Positions 1-9,800 of a stretch of DNA of 32,000 nucleotides are shown in pieces; the stretch's first letter is position 1; the number at the start of each line of letters is the position of its first letter. The notes under the pieces were generated by a model, which had not been told where the DNA came from, ran no database searches, and saw only the letters and a list, made by a program, of their open reading frames with translations. The position numbers and the translations under genes were made by a program. Origin of the DNA: Trichlorobacter lovleyi SZ (GTDB taxonomy: Bacteria; Desulfobacterota; Desulfuromonadia; Geobacterales; Pseudopelobacteraceae); contig NC_010814.1 of the NCBI RefSeq assembly GCF_000020385.1, positions 1,500,001 to 1,532,000 on the forward strand, in the 5' to 3' direction.

Positions 1-1079
1 AATACCGGATTGACGGGGTGCTTTACCAGGCCAATGATCCGATTGACCTCCACTTTCAGGGACCGATCATCTCCCGCCTCAAGATCATGAGTGAGCTGGA
101 TATTTCTGAACGACGCATTCCTCAGGATGGCCGTTTCAAGATCCGTTTGGGGGACAAGTCGATTGACTTCCGGGTGTCGATCATGCCCAGCGCCCATGGC
201 GAAGATGCGGTCATCAGGATTCTTGATAAAGAAAGTATTGCCGCCGAGATGAAAGGTTTAAGTCTTGAGCATCTTGGCATCCATCCCCGCGAACTGACCC
301 GTATCAGGCGCAAGATTCGCGAACCGTACGGCATGGTGCTGGTGACCGGCCCCACCGGTTCAGGTAAGACCACCACCCTGTACGCTGCCTTAACCGAAAT
401 CCATACCGGTCTGGACAAGATCATTACCATTGAAGACCCGGTTGAATATCTGCTGAAGGGGGTGCTGCAGATCCCGGTCAATGAAAAAAAGGGACTGACC
501 TTTGCCCGCGGTCTACGCTCCATCCTGCGCCATGACCCGGACAAGATCATGGTGGGGGAGATCCGCGATCCCGAAACCGCCCAGATCGCGGTGCAGTCGG
601 CCCTGACCGGACACCTGGTCTTTACCACGGTCCATGCCAACAACGTGCTGGATGTGATCGGGCGTTTTACCCACATGGGGCTCGATCCCTACAACTTTGT
701 CTCTTCACTGAACTGTGTCATTGCCCAACGGCTGGTTCGTAAGGTCTGTAAAGAGTGTCGCCGGCCGGTCGACCTGACGGATCAACAGTTGCGCGAGGCG
801 GCCATTGACCCTGCCTGGCGTGCCACTGCCACCTTCTATGAGGCGGTTGGCTGTGATGCCTGTAACAGTACCGGCTATCGGGGGCGTTCCGCCATTATTG
901 AGATGCTGGAGATGAATGATGAGCTGAGGGATATGATCGTATCCAAGACGCCGGCGGTGCGGCTGAAACAGGTTGCCCGTGAACAGGGGACGGTCTTTCT
1001 GCGGGAGGCAGCAGTAGAAAAGCTGTGTGCCGGTGATACCACGTTGCAGGAAATCAACCGCGTGACATTTGTGGAATAG
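1..1079 (+). CDS. Type II secretion / type IV pilus assembly ATPase (GspE/PilB family), 5'-truncated by the window edge
   Basis: Frame is open from nt 3 (YRIDGVLYQ..., typical GspE core). Walker A GPTGSGKTTT (348-377), Asp box ITIEDPVEY, Walker B DKIMVGEIRD, His box GHLVFTTVHAN, and tetracysteine CKEC...CDAC Zn motif. Stop TAG at 1077-1079. Confidence 0.93.
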   Translation, partial: YRIDGVLYQANDPIDLHFQGPIISRLKIMSELDISERRIPQDGRFKIRLGDKSIDFRVSIMPSAHGEDAVIRILDKESIAAEMKGLSLEHLGIHPRELTRIRRKIREPYGMVLVTGPTGSGKTTTLYAALTEIHTGLDKIITIEDPVEYLLKGVLQIPVNEKKGLTFARGLRSILRHDPDKIMVGEIRDPETAQIAVQSALTGHLVFTTVHANNVLDVIGRFTHMGLDPYNFVSSLNCVIAQRLVRKVCKECRRPVDLTDQQLREAAIDPAWRATATFYEAVGCDACNSTGYRGRSAIIEMLEMNDELRDMIVSKTPAVRLKQVAREQGTVFLREAAVEKLCAGDTTLQEINRVTFVE

Positions 1080-1211
1080 GTGGTACACTTTTTAAACCGA
1101 ACAAGTTTCTTATCTGCAGGATACATGTGACATCTGCCTGACTGCCGGCCGGTAACACCTTCCTCCACCCCTCCTGGCCAGCCTAGGCCGCTGTTAATCA
1201 GGAGGTGGCTT

Positions 1212-4200
1212 ATGAACCTTCAGTCCGGCCCGATAACGTTTACTTTTATAGTAGGAACCCTCCTCTTAAACCTCCGCTTCTTGTCCCTGCCTCGGATTCT
1301 TGTCCTTAGCCTGCTACTCACTGCGGTTTCGCCGGCATTCGTGCTTGCTGACGATATCTGCGGCTGGGGTACGTCCACCAAGTGGAAGGTTAAGATGCAT
1401 CTGACCCAGGTGCTGAGCAAGTCGGGAATTCTGCAATCAGGGCCTGACTGTACTGCCAACTATGTGCTGGCGCTGGACCATGTCTCGGATGTAAGAGGCG
1501 AGTTCATCAGCAGCGGAACGCCTGGCCAGTATCAGGGAGACCTGACGAGCACTGAGGTCGTGAACAACATGATGGACATTCCGTTCACCGGCAGGCCTGA
1601 GTGCAGCTATGGGAATGTCTACTTTACCGAAATAGGTACTGGAGAAGGAGCTGAAAGTGCTGTTCCGTTTACCATCGATACTGCGATGGGGAAGTACACC
1701 ATCAGATTTCCACATACCGGGGTTGATATTCCATTCAATTATATCACCATGTATGGAGGGTATTCGGGAACACTTAATAAAGAGATCAACGGCGGGTTCA
1801 TTATAGACTATCCAGGCATGGTACTTGCCGAAAGCCCATCCGATCCGGTCACTACCCTTGAATTTCCGCTGCCAGGCGCCTCCCCCCAAATCATCACCGG
1901 CGAAACCACCTTTCCTCACCAGCAGTACCCTGAAATTCCGGTCACCTGGTCATGGGAGTTGACACCTGATGCCGGCGGGGCTGAAAAGGAGCTGGGCGCA
2001 CCCGGCGGCATGGGCAAGGGGAACGGTGGAGACATGGCCCCTGGCGCGGGATACGGTGCGCCGAGCTGGACCGTCAATATGGCGAACCTCAACATCTTCA
2101 TCACCGATACCCCGCTTTGGTACAAAAGCCCGATCGGCCCTGCGGTGGAAGTCTCCTTCAGCTACAATTCCAAGGCGGTGTCCAACCGCTTTGAACCGGC
2201 CGGCCGCAACTGGCAGCTGAACTACGAGAGCTACCTTGCTCCTGATCCGGTCAGCGGCGATGTGACCATCTACATGCCGGACGGGCGCCGCGATGTCTAT
2301 ACCTATGATGCAAACACCGCGAAGTTCACCCCGCCCTACCGGGTCTTCAACGAGCTGACGGTGGTGGCTGGGGATTACCGGCTGGCCTTTCCCGACGGCA
2401 CAGTCTATATCTACAAAGTCCCCTCCGGCCAATTTATCTGGGCCTTTCTGACCGAGATCCGCGATCCCCACTATCCCACCGACCCCAGTAACAAGCTGAC
2501 GCTCTATTGGGATCCGCTTCCCAACTCGCCGTGGGGGGGAAAGCTCAACCGGATCACCGATGCCCTGGGGCGCTCGACCACCTTCTTCCATAATGCCGAC
2601 AACCGGATCTACTCGATCCTTGACCCGTTCGGCCGCACCGTTTCCCTCACCTACGACAGCTTCGGCAACCTGACCCGCATAACTGACATGGGAGGCTTTT
2701 CAAGCTCCTTCAGCTATGACGGGTGCGGCACCATCCAGACCATAACCACCGGAAATAACAAGGTGACATTTACCTCCGGATTCAACAGCCTGACTGTCAG
2801 TGATTACATGGGGAGCGAGACCTTCACACTCAATCCGCTGACCGGAGAAGCAAGCTATCAGGGGGCCAATGCAGCAGCCGGTTCCACCTACGGCTATACC
2901 AAGACCGCCACACCGGACGGTAACAGTGATATCACCGGCTTCCAGACACCTGAAGGGGTCGGTTTCAATTACAGCTATGACAGCAAGGGAAATCTGCTCA
3001 CCCAAACCCTGCAGGGGGCAGCTGGCAACGAGACCTCCACCTTTACCTACAACTCAAAGGGGAAGGTTACCTCGGTTGTGCCACCCGTCGGTGCCCGCAC
3101 TGATATCACCTATGCCGCTAATGCTGTTGATCCGCTGACCGTGACCCAGGCCGGGCTTGGCACCATTACCGCCACCTACAATACGACCCATGACATCCTG
3201 TCGCTTACAGATCGGATGGGACTTGCCAAAACTTTTACCTTCAACCTCTCCGGTCAGCCAACCAGCTCACTGGGCGCCGGAATTCTGACCAGTTTCAGCT
3301 ATGACAGCAACAAACAGCTTACCGGCATCACCCGGGCCGGGACGGCAGTTGGCAGCTACAGTTACGACACCATCGGCCGGCTTGCCTCATATACCGACCA
3401 GAACGGCTTCACCCTGCAGCGGAGCTACAACAACCTCGACGACCTGGTCAGCATCAGCTATCCTGACAGCTCGTCAGCGGCCTTCATCCGTTCGACAACG
3501 GTACCGCACCTGCTCGACAGCATGACCGATCAGGCCGGGCGCACCACCTCCTATTTCTACAACCCCCACAGTCAGCTGCGGGAAATACTCGATCCGATTG
3601 GAGGACGCACTCGTTTCACCTACGATGCGGCCGGCCATGCCAGCCAGCTGACCGACCCCAACGACAACGTTACCTACTTCAGCTACAACAAGGACAACCG
3701 GCTGACCCGCAAGCAGTACGCGGACGGCAGCAGCATACAGTTCGCCTATCCCCATGGCCGGATGACCTGGGCCAGCAATGCCCGGGGGACCACCTCAACC
3801 TATTCGTATGACCGTAACGGCAACCTGCTGACAGTGTCCTACTCAGACGGCACGCCGGGGGTCACCACTACCTACGATGCCTATAACCGTCCTGTCACCG
3901 TCGCCGATGCCCTGGGCAGCCGCACCATCAGCTACGACGCATCCTCCAGGGTGACCTCCATCGACGGCCCCTGGGCAAGCGATACGATTACTTTCAGTTA
4001 TGACACTTTGGGGAGGAAGACCTCAGTAGCGCTCCAGCTGGGTCTGACCGCAAACTACAGCTATGACTCACTTGACCGGTTGACAACGGTAACCGGTAAC
4101 GGCACGACCTACACTTACAGCTATCAGGGGGGAGGGACGCTCCTGCAGCGGCTGGCCCGTTCCGATAGCAGCAAGACCGACTACAGCTATGATCCGGTTA

Positions 4201-5606
4201 TGAAACGTCTGCAGCAGCAGATTAACTATCTTTCGACCGGCACGGTCCTGAACGGCTACAGCTACAGCTTCGATTCCCTTGGCCAGCCAACGGGCGAGAC
4301 CGTTACCAACGGCCCGGCCCTGCAGTTTGTGGCCGCCGGAACCGTTGATGCTACCTACAACAATCTGAATCAGGTTGCGACCTGGGGCGGATCCGCAACG
4401 GCAATCAGCTACGATGCCGACGGAAACATGACCAAAGGACTCACTCCTGATGGCCGGGCGTTTACCGCGACCTACGATGCTGAAAACAGGATGACCTCGA
4501 TCCAGTACACCGACGCCGGTGGTGTGATCAGGAGGCAGGAGTTCACCTACGGCTCCGACGGCTATCTTGGGATTCAGAGAAGTTTCGCCAACAGCGTGCT
4601 GACCGGTGAACGGCGTTTTATCTGGGATGCCGGAAAGCTGCTGCAGGAACGTGACGGCAGCAACGCCGTGGTGCGTGACTATCTCTGGGGGATCAATCAG
4701 CCGGGCGGCGTGGGGGCACTGCTCTCGCTCAAACAGGGCGGGGCGGCGTACCAGGTGTTTTCCAACCCCCGGGGGGATGTCACCGCTGTACTGAACAGCT
4801 CCGGTTCGGTTGTCGCCTCATATGCCTACGACCCGTTTGGTGGAACCCTTGCAGCCAGCGGCACCCTCAGCCAGCCGATCCGCTATTCAACCAAGCTGTA
4901 TGATGAAGGGACCGGGCTCTACTACTTTGGCCACCGCTTCTACTCGCCGCAGATGGGGCGCTGGCTCTCCCGCGATCCGCTGTCTGAGATGGCCTCCATC
5001 AACCTGTATCGCTTTGCAGCCAACAACCCGCTCACTCACTTTGATCCGTTCGGTGCTGCCGACAACGGCGGGTTCTGGGATCGGCCGGAGGTTCAGGCCC
5101 AGCTCCAGGCGCAACGGGAGGCATTGCAGGCAAAACGTGCCTCGGAAGTCACTACCTTTGAGAAGGTAAAAAACAGCATTGGATCAGCATTCAAGTGGAT
5201 CGGCGACAAGTTCAAGGAACAGCCGGAAATGGCCAGGTCGATCGAGGAAAAAGTGGCTAATACCGCACTTGAAGCCAATAAGTACACCAAGGCAGGCAAG
5301 GAGTGGAACGAACGGATCAACACCGGGATTCAGATGGCTGAGGATTATGGCACCGTAAAGGCCGCCCTCAAGGATGATGATCCTGCCTCTGGTCTGACCC
5401 TGATCAAGGTAGGAGCAAAATACACTGTCGGTCGTATACCGGGCGTCGGTGAGGCATATTCAGAAGTCATCGTTAAAGCGGTCGAGACCGTTGAGAACGC
5501 TCCTGGCGGTGTTGAGGCGGCACGCAGGATGCGGGCGACCGGCGGCACCAACAACAGCAACGAAGCAGTCCAGTTGGGGCAGGTGGACAACGGAGGCGGG
5601 CAATGA
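1212..5606 (+). CDS. RHS/YD-repeat protein with N-terminal Sec-type signal and variable C-terminal (toxin-like) domain
   Basis: AGGAGG at 1200-1205 lies 6 nt before the ATG. Hydrophobic N-terminus ends ...SPAFVLA/DD. Dozens of YD repeats (YSYDxxGNL, FxYDxxGR, TYDAxNR). RHS core terminus is LYYFGHRFYSPQMGRWLSRDPL...YRFAANNPLTHFDPFG, with the Gly codon at 5052-5054. A 183-aa tail (5055-5603) follows. Confidence 0.92.
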   Translation: MNLQSGPITFTFIVGTLLLNLRFLSLPRILVLSLLLTAVSPAFVLADDICGWGTSTKWKVKMHLTQVLSKSGILQSGPDCTANYVLALDHVSDVRGEFISSGTPGQYQGDLTSTEVVNNMMDIPFTGRPECSYGNVYFTEIGTGEGAESAVPFTIDTAMGKYTIRFPHTGVDIPFNYITMYGGYSGTLNKEINGGFIIDYPGMVLAESPSDPVTTLEFPLPGASPQIITGETTFPHQQYPEIPVTWSWELTPDAGGAEKELGAPGGMGKGNGGDMAPGAGYGAPSWTVNMANLNIFITDTPLWYKSPIGPAVEVSFSYNSKAVSNRFEPAGRNWQLNYESYLAPDPVSGDVTIYMPDGRRDVYTYDANTAKFTPPYRVFNELTVVAGDYRLAFPDGTVYIYKVPSGQFIWAFLTEIRDPHYPTDPSNKLTLYWDPLPNSPWGGKLNRITDALGRSTTFFHNADNRIYSILDPFGRTVSLTYDSFGNLTRITDMGGFSSSFSYDGCGTIQTITTGNNKVTFTSGFNSLTVSDYMGSETFTLNPLTGEASYQGANAAAGSTYGYTKTATPDGNSDITGFQTPEGVGFNYSYDSKGNLLTQTLQGAAGNETSTFTYNSKGKVTSVVPPVGARTDITYAANAVDPLTVTQAGLGTITATYNTTHDILSLTDRMGLAKTFTFNLSGQPTSSLGAGILTSFSYDSNKQLTGITRAGTAVGSYSYDTIGRLASYTDQNGFTLQRSYNNLDDLVSISYPDSSSAAFIRSTTVPHLLDSMTDQAGRTTSYFYNPHSQLREILDPIGGRTRFTYDAAGHASQLTDPNDNVTYFSYNKDNRLTRKQYADGSSIQFAYPHGRMTWASNARGTTSTYSYDRNGNLLTVSYSDGTPGVTTTYDAYNRPVTVADALGSRTISYDASSRVTSIDGPWASDTITFSYDTLGRKTSVALQLGLTANYSYDSLDRLTTVTGNGTTYTYSYQGGGTLLQRLARSDSSKTDYSYDPVMKRLQQQINYLSTGTVLNGYSYSFDSLGQPTGETVTNGPALQFVAAGTVDATYNNLNQVATWGGSATAISYDADGNMTKGLTPDGRAFTATYDAENRMTSIQYTDAGGVIRRQEFTYGSDGYLGIQRSFANSVLTGERRFIWDAGKLLQERDGSNAVVRDYLWGINQPGGVGALLSLKQGGAAYQVFSNPRGDVTAVLNSSGSVVASYAYDPFGGTLAASGTLSQPIRYSTKLYDEGTGLYYFGHRFYSPQMGRWLSRDPLSEMASINLYRFAANNPLTHFDPFGAADNGGFWDRPEVQAQLQAQREALQAKRASEVTTFEKVKNSIGSAFKWIGDKFKEQPEMARSIEEKVANTALEANKYTKAGKEWNERINTGIQMAEDYGTVKAALKDDDPASGLTLIKVGAKYTVGRIPGVGEAYSEVIVKAVETVENAPGGVEAARRMRATGGTNNSNEAVQLGQVDNGGGQ

Positions 5607-5626
5607 GTCCGGGAAAGGAGCGCCCT

Positions 5627-6622
5627 ATGAAAAAACTACAGCGGATGGCGTTCGTTCTGGTACTTGCCGGACTGCTTGCTGTTCCGGCTGTTGCTCATGC
5701 CGTCAATGCCACCTACCGGTATGACCGCCTGAACCGCCTGACCAGTGTGACCTACGACAACGGCATGTCGATCGCCTACAGCTATGACAAAACCGGTAAC
5801 CTGATCAGGATTGCCCGGGGGATAAACGGTGCAGATGTTATTCCTCCCACGGTTACAGCCTTTAGCCTGCCTGCTGAAAGCAACAGTCTTGTCGTCCCCG
5901 TCAGCGTCTTCAGCGCAACCGATAACGTGGCCGTAACCGGGTACTGTGTTATGTCGACTGATAGCGCTGCCGGATGTTCCTGGAGCGCCAGTCCTCCGAC
6001 GAGCTATACCTTTGCCTCTGGAACGGCAAACGGCAGCCATACCCTCTATGCCTTTGCCAGGGATGCAGCAGGCAACAGCTCTACGGCAATAGCGGTAACA
6101 ACACAATTAGCAGTGCTCCAGCAGCAGTTGTCAGTGACCATTCTGGGGTTGTACGGCGGAGGCGGTTCCGTTACCAGCAGCCCTGGCGGTATCGCCTGTA
6201 CCAGCGGTACCTGTACTGCAGAGTACGCCAACGGGACTTCCGTTACGTTGATACCTGCACCGGATACGAGTTCAGTCTTTACCGCCTGGTCAGGCAACTG
6301 TACCGGCAGCAGCAACTGTACGGTCAGCATGACTGCGGATCGCAGTGCAACTGCCAGCTTCAGCCTGATTCCGCGGGCCAGAGTAGCAGGGATACCCTAT
6401 GGCAGTCTTGCCAGTGCCTATGCAGCTGTTCTTGCCAGCGGAGTGCTGGAGGCCCAAGCGCTGACTTTTGTGGAAGATCTTGCCCTGAACCGTGGCATTG
6501 TGTTCACTCTTCGGGGCGGTTTTTCCACTGATTACCTCAGCCGTACGGGGTATACCACCCTGCAGGGCAGGCTGACGGTGGGGACGGGGGCTGTCACGAT
6601 TGACCGGCTGATTATCAAGTAG
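5627..6622 (+). CDS. Secreted protein: signal peptide, two orphan YD repeats, Ig-like domain, Cys-containing B-repeat-like domain, shared terminal module
   Basis: AAGGAG at 5615-5620 lies 6 nt before ATG 5627 (MKKLQRMAFVLVLAGLLAVPAVAHA). The track ORF starts at 5603, overlapping the rhs stop as ATGA. Contains YRYDRLNRLTSVTYDNGMSIAYSYDKTGNL, DNVAVTGY Ig-like region, and GGGSVTSSPGGIACTSGTCTAEY...FTAWSGNCTGSSNCTV. Ends TLRGGFSTDYL...LTVGTGAVTIDRLIIK. Confidence 0.85.
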   Translation: MKKLQRMAFVLVLAGLLAVPAVAHAVNATYRYDRLNRLTSVTYDNGMSIAYSYDKTGNLIRIARGINGADVIPPTVTAFSLPAESNSLVVPVSVFSATDNVAVTGYCVMSTDSAAGCSWSASPPTSYTFASGTANGSHTLYAFARDAAGNSSTAIAVTTQLAVLQQQLSVTILGLYGGGGSVTSSPGGIACTSGTCTAEYANGTSVTLIPAPDTSSVFTAWSGNCTGSSNCTVSMTADRSATASFSLIPRARVAGIPYGSLASAYAAVLASGVLEAQALTFVEDLALNRGIVFTLRGGFSTDYLSRTGYTTLQGRLTVGTGAVTIDRLIIK

Positions 6623-6693
6623 GGGGAATCAAGGTATTTCTGATCCATACCGACACTGATGCGCGCTGAACTTCCGCCACGGATCCATATAGT

Positions 6694-6795
6694 CCCCTCT
6701 CCCTGAGGGCCAGGGTGAGGGGAAAATGCTGGACAGTATATGCAGCGCTGCCCCCTCATCCGGCCTTCGGCCACCTTCTCCCCCAGGGAGAGGGT
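6694..6795. repeat. Nested imperfect inverted repeat (REP-like extragenic palindrome) in a convergent intergenic region
   Basis: ccctctccctg (6695-6705) is the exact reverse complement of cagggagaggg (6784-6794). Inside it, tgagggg (6716-6722) pairs with cccctca (6752-6758). No credible ORF. Confidence 0.5.
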
Positions 6796-6837
6796 ATAGC
6801 GGAAGATTAGCACTCATCAACATACTTATTAACGCAG

Positions 6838-6869
6838 AATCCCCCTTCCGGATAACCGGAAGGGGGATT
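6838..6869. terminator. Bidirectional stem-loop terminator between convergent genes
   Basis: Perfect 14-bp stem aatcccccttccgg / ccggaagggggatt with loop ataa. It sits between the stop at 6620-6622 (+) and the stop at 6896-6898 (-). U-tracts are weak on both strands. Confidence 0.6.
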
Positions 6870-6895
6870 GTTGTTACGGTACAAGCAGCAGCGTT

Positions 6896-9800
6896 CTACT
6901 TGACGACGATCTGATCCAGGATCAGGGTGCCGGCTTGAATGGTGAGCGGCGAAGTTATATCAGTATAGGTCGTACTTGGTGAGTTGCGTAACTCAAACGC
7001 ATTGTCGTACCCTCCGGCAATTTTCACGGTGATATTGGCTCGATTGTAGGAAAGGTTAGGAGCCTGAAGGCTGTCGTGGGCGCGAACCTCGTTGCCGTTT
7101 GCGGCATTCGTCAGCGCCTCAAGGAGGGTGTCATAGTAGGTCGTTAATGTAATGTTTTTGAGCTGTTTGAGCGAGAAGGTGGTGATAGCAGTCTTGTCGC
7201 TGCTCATCGTGAAGGTACATGGTTCAGCACTGCAGGCGCCACTCCACCCGCCAAAAGACGATTCCGGGAGGTGTGGAGTCGCCGTCAGGGTTACAGAGGT
7301 GCCGGAGTTGATCTGGGCTGTGCAGGTGCCCGGACAGTTAATGCCGCCTGTGTTCGAGGTGACGGTGCCTGTGCCATAGCCGGATAGGGTTACCGTAAGA
7401 GTATAGGGGGTAACCACCGTAAAGGAAGAACTGCTGGAAGCGCTACCGGTGGCTGTGGTAACACCGATAACGCCGGATAGTGCGCCAACAGGCACAGTGG
7501 CAGTTATTTGTGTCGGGCTGTTAACGGTGAATGAAATTGCCTGAACACCGCCAAACGTAACGTTAGTCACATTGATGAAACTTGTGCCGGTAATGGTGAT
7601 GCTGGCACCAACCGCACCACTGCCGGGAGTGAAACCTGAAACCGTTGGAGCCGCTACGACACCGCCGATCCCGCCGGAGGTAGAAGCCTCTGCAACTCCT
7701 GTTGAGCTGATGGAGCTAAAGGTATAGCCAGGTGCCGAGGCGTTGATGGTCAGCTTGTCGCCGTGGTTGACATTGGCGAACAGCACCACACCACCGCCGG
7801 CAGTTGAGGTGGAGGTGCCGGTATAATTGGTACCGTTATAATACTGCGCAACATAGGTGGTACCGCTGGAACCGACTGCCGTAACCGTGGCACCGTCAAT
7901 TGGCGTAGAGGTGCCCTGTACCAGGACGCGGGTGGAAACCGCCCCTTTGCCCGGGGTTGTCATGCCAGACAGGCTGTTCAGCTCGGCATAAGTTCTCATC
8001 TTGTAGGGAAATGATGCTGTTGTGCTGCTGCCGGCTGACATGCCCATTTTCTTGGTGTAATGGGGTTGTTTGCCGCTCGCCATGAACCGCAGGCTGAATG
8101 GCGTGGCAGTGCTGTTGGGCAGATTATTCAAAGTGAAGTTGCCGCTGCTATCAGTTGTGGTGGTGATGGACGGGTTACCTACCATGGTCACCGTGACGCC
8201 GCTGATGGGAGTACCGGCATTATCCACCACCTGACCGCTGTGGGTAGTGGGAGAGCCGAGACTTAAGGGCGCGCCATAATAACCGGCAGGACCCCAGGTA
8301 TAGGTTCCGGCTGTTGTTGTAACCACCAGCGGATTTGAAGGGCCGCCAAAACCGCCCGGCACGGTTGCAGTGATCTGCGTGCTGGTGGAGCTGGTGACAG
8401 AGAGCGGTGTACCACCGACTGTCACACTGGTCGGGCCGGCAAGATTGTAACCCTTAATGGTGAGAGTCCCTCCAGGCACCACAGAGGCCGGACTGATGCC
8501 GGTAATCAGAGGTGCTGATTGGGCGGTGACAAACCCTGCCTGGTACTGGATCTCGTTGTCGTTGGCATCCATTGCGGTCAGGGTCCAGCCGTAAGCACCG
8601 GTTGCCGTGGGAAGCGTGAATCCGTCATCGCTGGTATTATAGCTGGTGATCGTTGACGTCAGATTGTCCGTTGACCAGAGCTGATTGTAGTTGATGTCCT
8701 GCAGCCAGATCGCGTAGCTGTACCATTCTCCCGGTGGGGTGGCCGGCGGCAGCCAGCTGAAGACCGGGCTGCCATTGCTAGTCCCCTTGGTGAGGTCATT
8801 GTAGGGAACGGGAAAGATCGGTGCCAGCGGCCAGGGAGGGCTGTTATAAGGGGCCGTTGTTAAAACCGTGTAGGCATCGCTGCCGCCCTCAAGGTAGTAG
8901 ACGGTCACGGTGTAGCTGTCACCGGCTTGAGCCTTTTTCAGTCCCTGGATATTCAGTTCCAACCTGCCGTTTTCATATGAGTTGCCAAGGTCTACCGGAG
9001 TAACAACGTAGCCTGACCCGCTTGAAGGTGCGCTGGTGAGAGTGGCGTTGATCGGTGTCTTGAGTTGGGGAGTTACCAGCAGCCGGTACTGAAATTGTTC
9101 ACCGGAATTGTCTGCACCGGTCTCACCATACAGGGTGTGCGAGGTTCGTGCCTGCAGTACCGCGCCGGTTGTGGGCAGGTTGACCGCTATACCGCTTACG
9201 TTGGCATTGGTAATGGTGACCCGTACCCCGGCGCTTTCCTTGATCCGCAGGTCACCGGCATCATCGATGCCGTTGTTGTTCATATCAATAAAGCCCTGGA
9301 TGCCGTACTTGCCGGCAGGCAGGTTGGGGATGGTGAAGCTCTGACTGTTGGCTGCAGGGGTGGCATAGCCGACAAAATAGGGATAACCGTTTTCGTCCAG
9401 TGCAGCTAATCCCAGAGGTCCGGTAGGGGTGACGCCGGTGTAGGTGACGGTGCCTGAGATCGAGTAGCTTCCCTGTGGAAGCTGACCGGCCGGGCTCCAG
9501 GTGCTGGCAGCGGTGCTACCGGTGCTGCTTACCGCCACAACTTTGTAGTAGTAGGCGGTCGTTGCACCGGCGTGAATCCACATGCCGTTGCCATTGGCCG
9601 GAACATTAAGCTTTGAGCCGATAATTGATGCGTCACTACCCGCAGAGCTCCAGTAAATGTTGTATTTAACTGGTATTTCAAGTCCGCTGCTGTTTCTTGG
9701 AGGATCCCAATTAACAAGGTTTGCCGAATTGTTTTGCGATCTTGCAGCTCCCACGTTGGTAGGAGCGGCAAGTGTTGCCGGAGTGGGATCGGTGAGTGTG

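Noticed and set aside
1081-1096. Sigma54-like TGGTAC-N-TTTAAA upstream of the rhs gene
   Set aside because: The GG of the -24 element is present, but the -12 GC dinucleotide is missing at the required spacing. I could not find a convincing -24/-12 pair upstream of the pilM-like or cytochrome genes either.
122-1168. Antisense ORFs (122-676, 705-1088, 875-1168) inside the ATPase gene
   Set aside because: They are shadow ORFs on the opposite strand of a confidently identified, motif-rich GspE gene. They have no RBS and no recognisable domains, and are typical of GC-rich coding DNA. The same reasoning applies to 1437-2591, 2700-3005, 3474-3755, 4887-5590 and others inside the rhs gene.
1212-5606. 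T6SS-delivered Rhs effector
   Set aside because: There is no PAAR, VgrG, Hcp or chaperone (EagR/DUF1795) gene in the window. The protein has a hydrophobic Sec-type N-terminus instead of a PAAR-like domain. T6SS genes elsewhere in the genome are not excluded.
6532-6914. Small ORFs in the convergent intergenic region (6532-6813 -, 6629-6823 -, 6726-6914 +)
   Set aside because: They are translations of the palindromic REP-like element and terminator (PSPWPSGRGD-type low complexity). They have no RBS and overlap the ends of the flanking genes.
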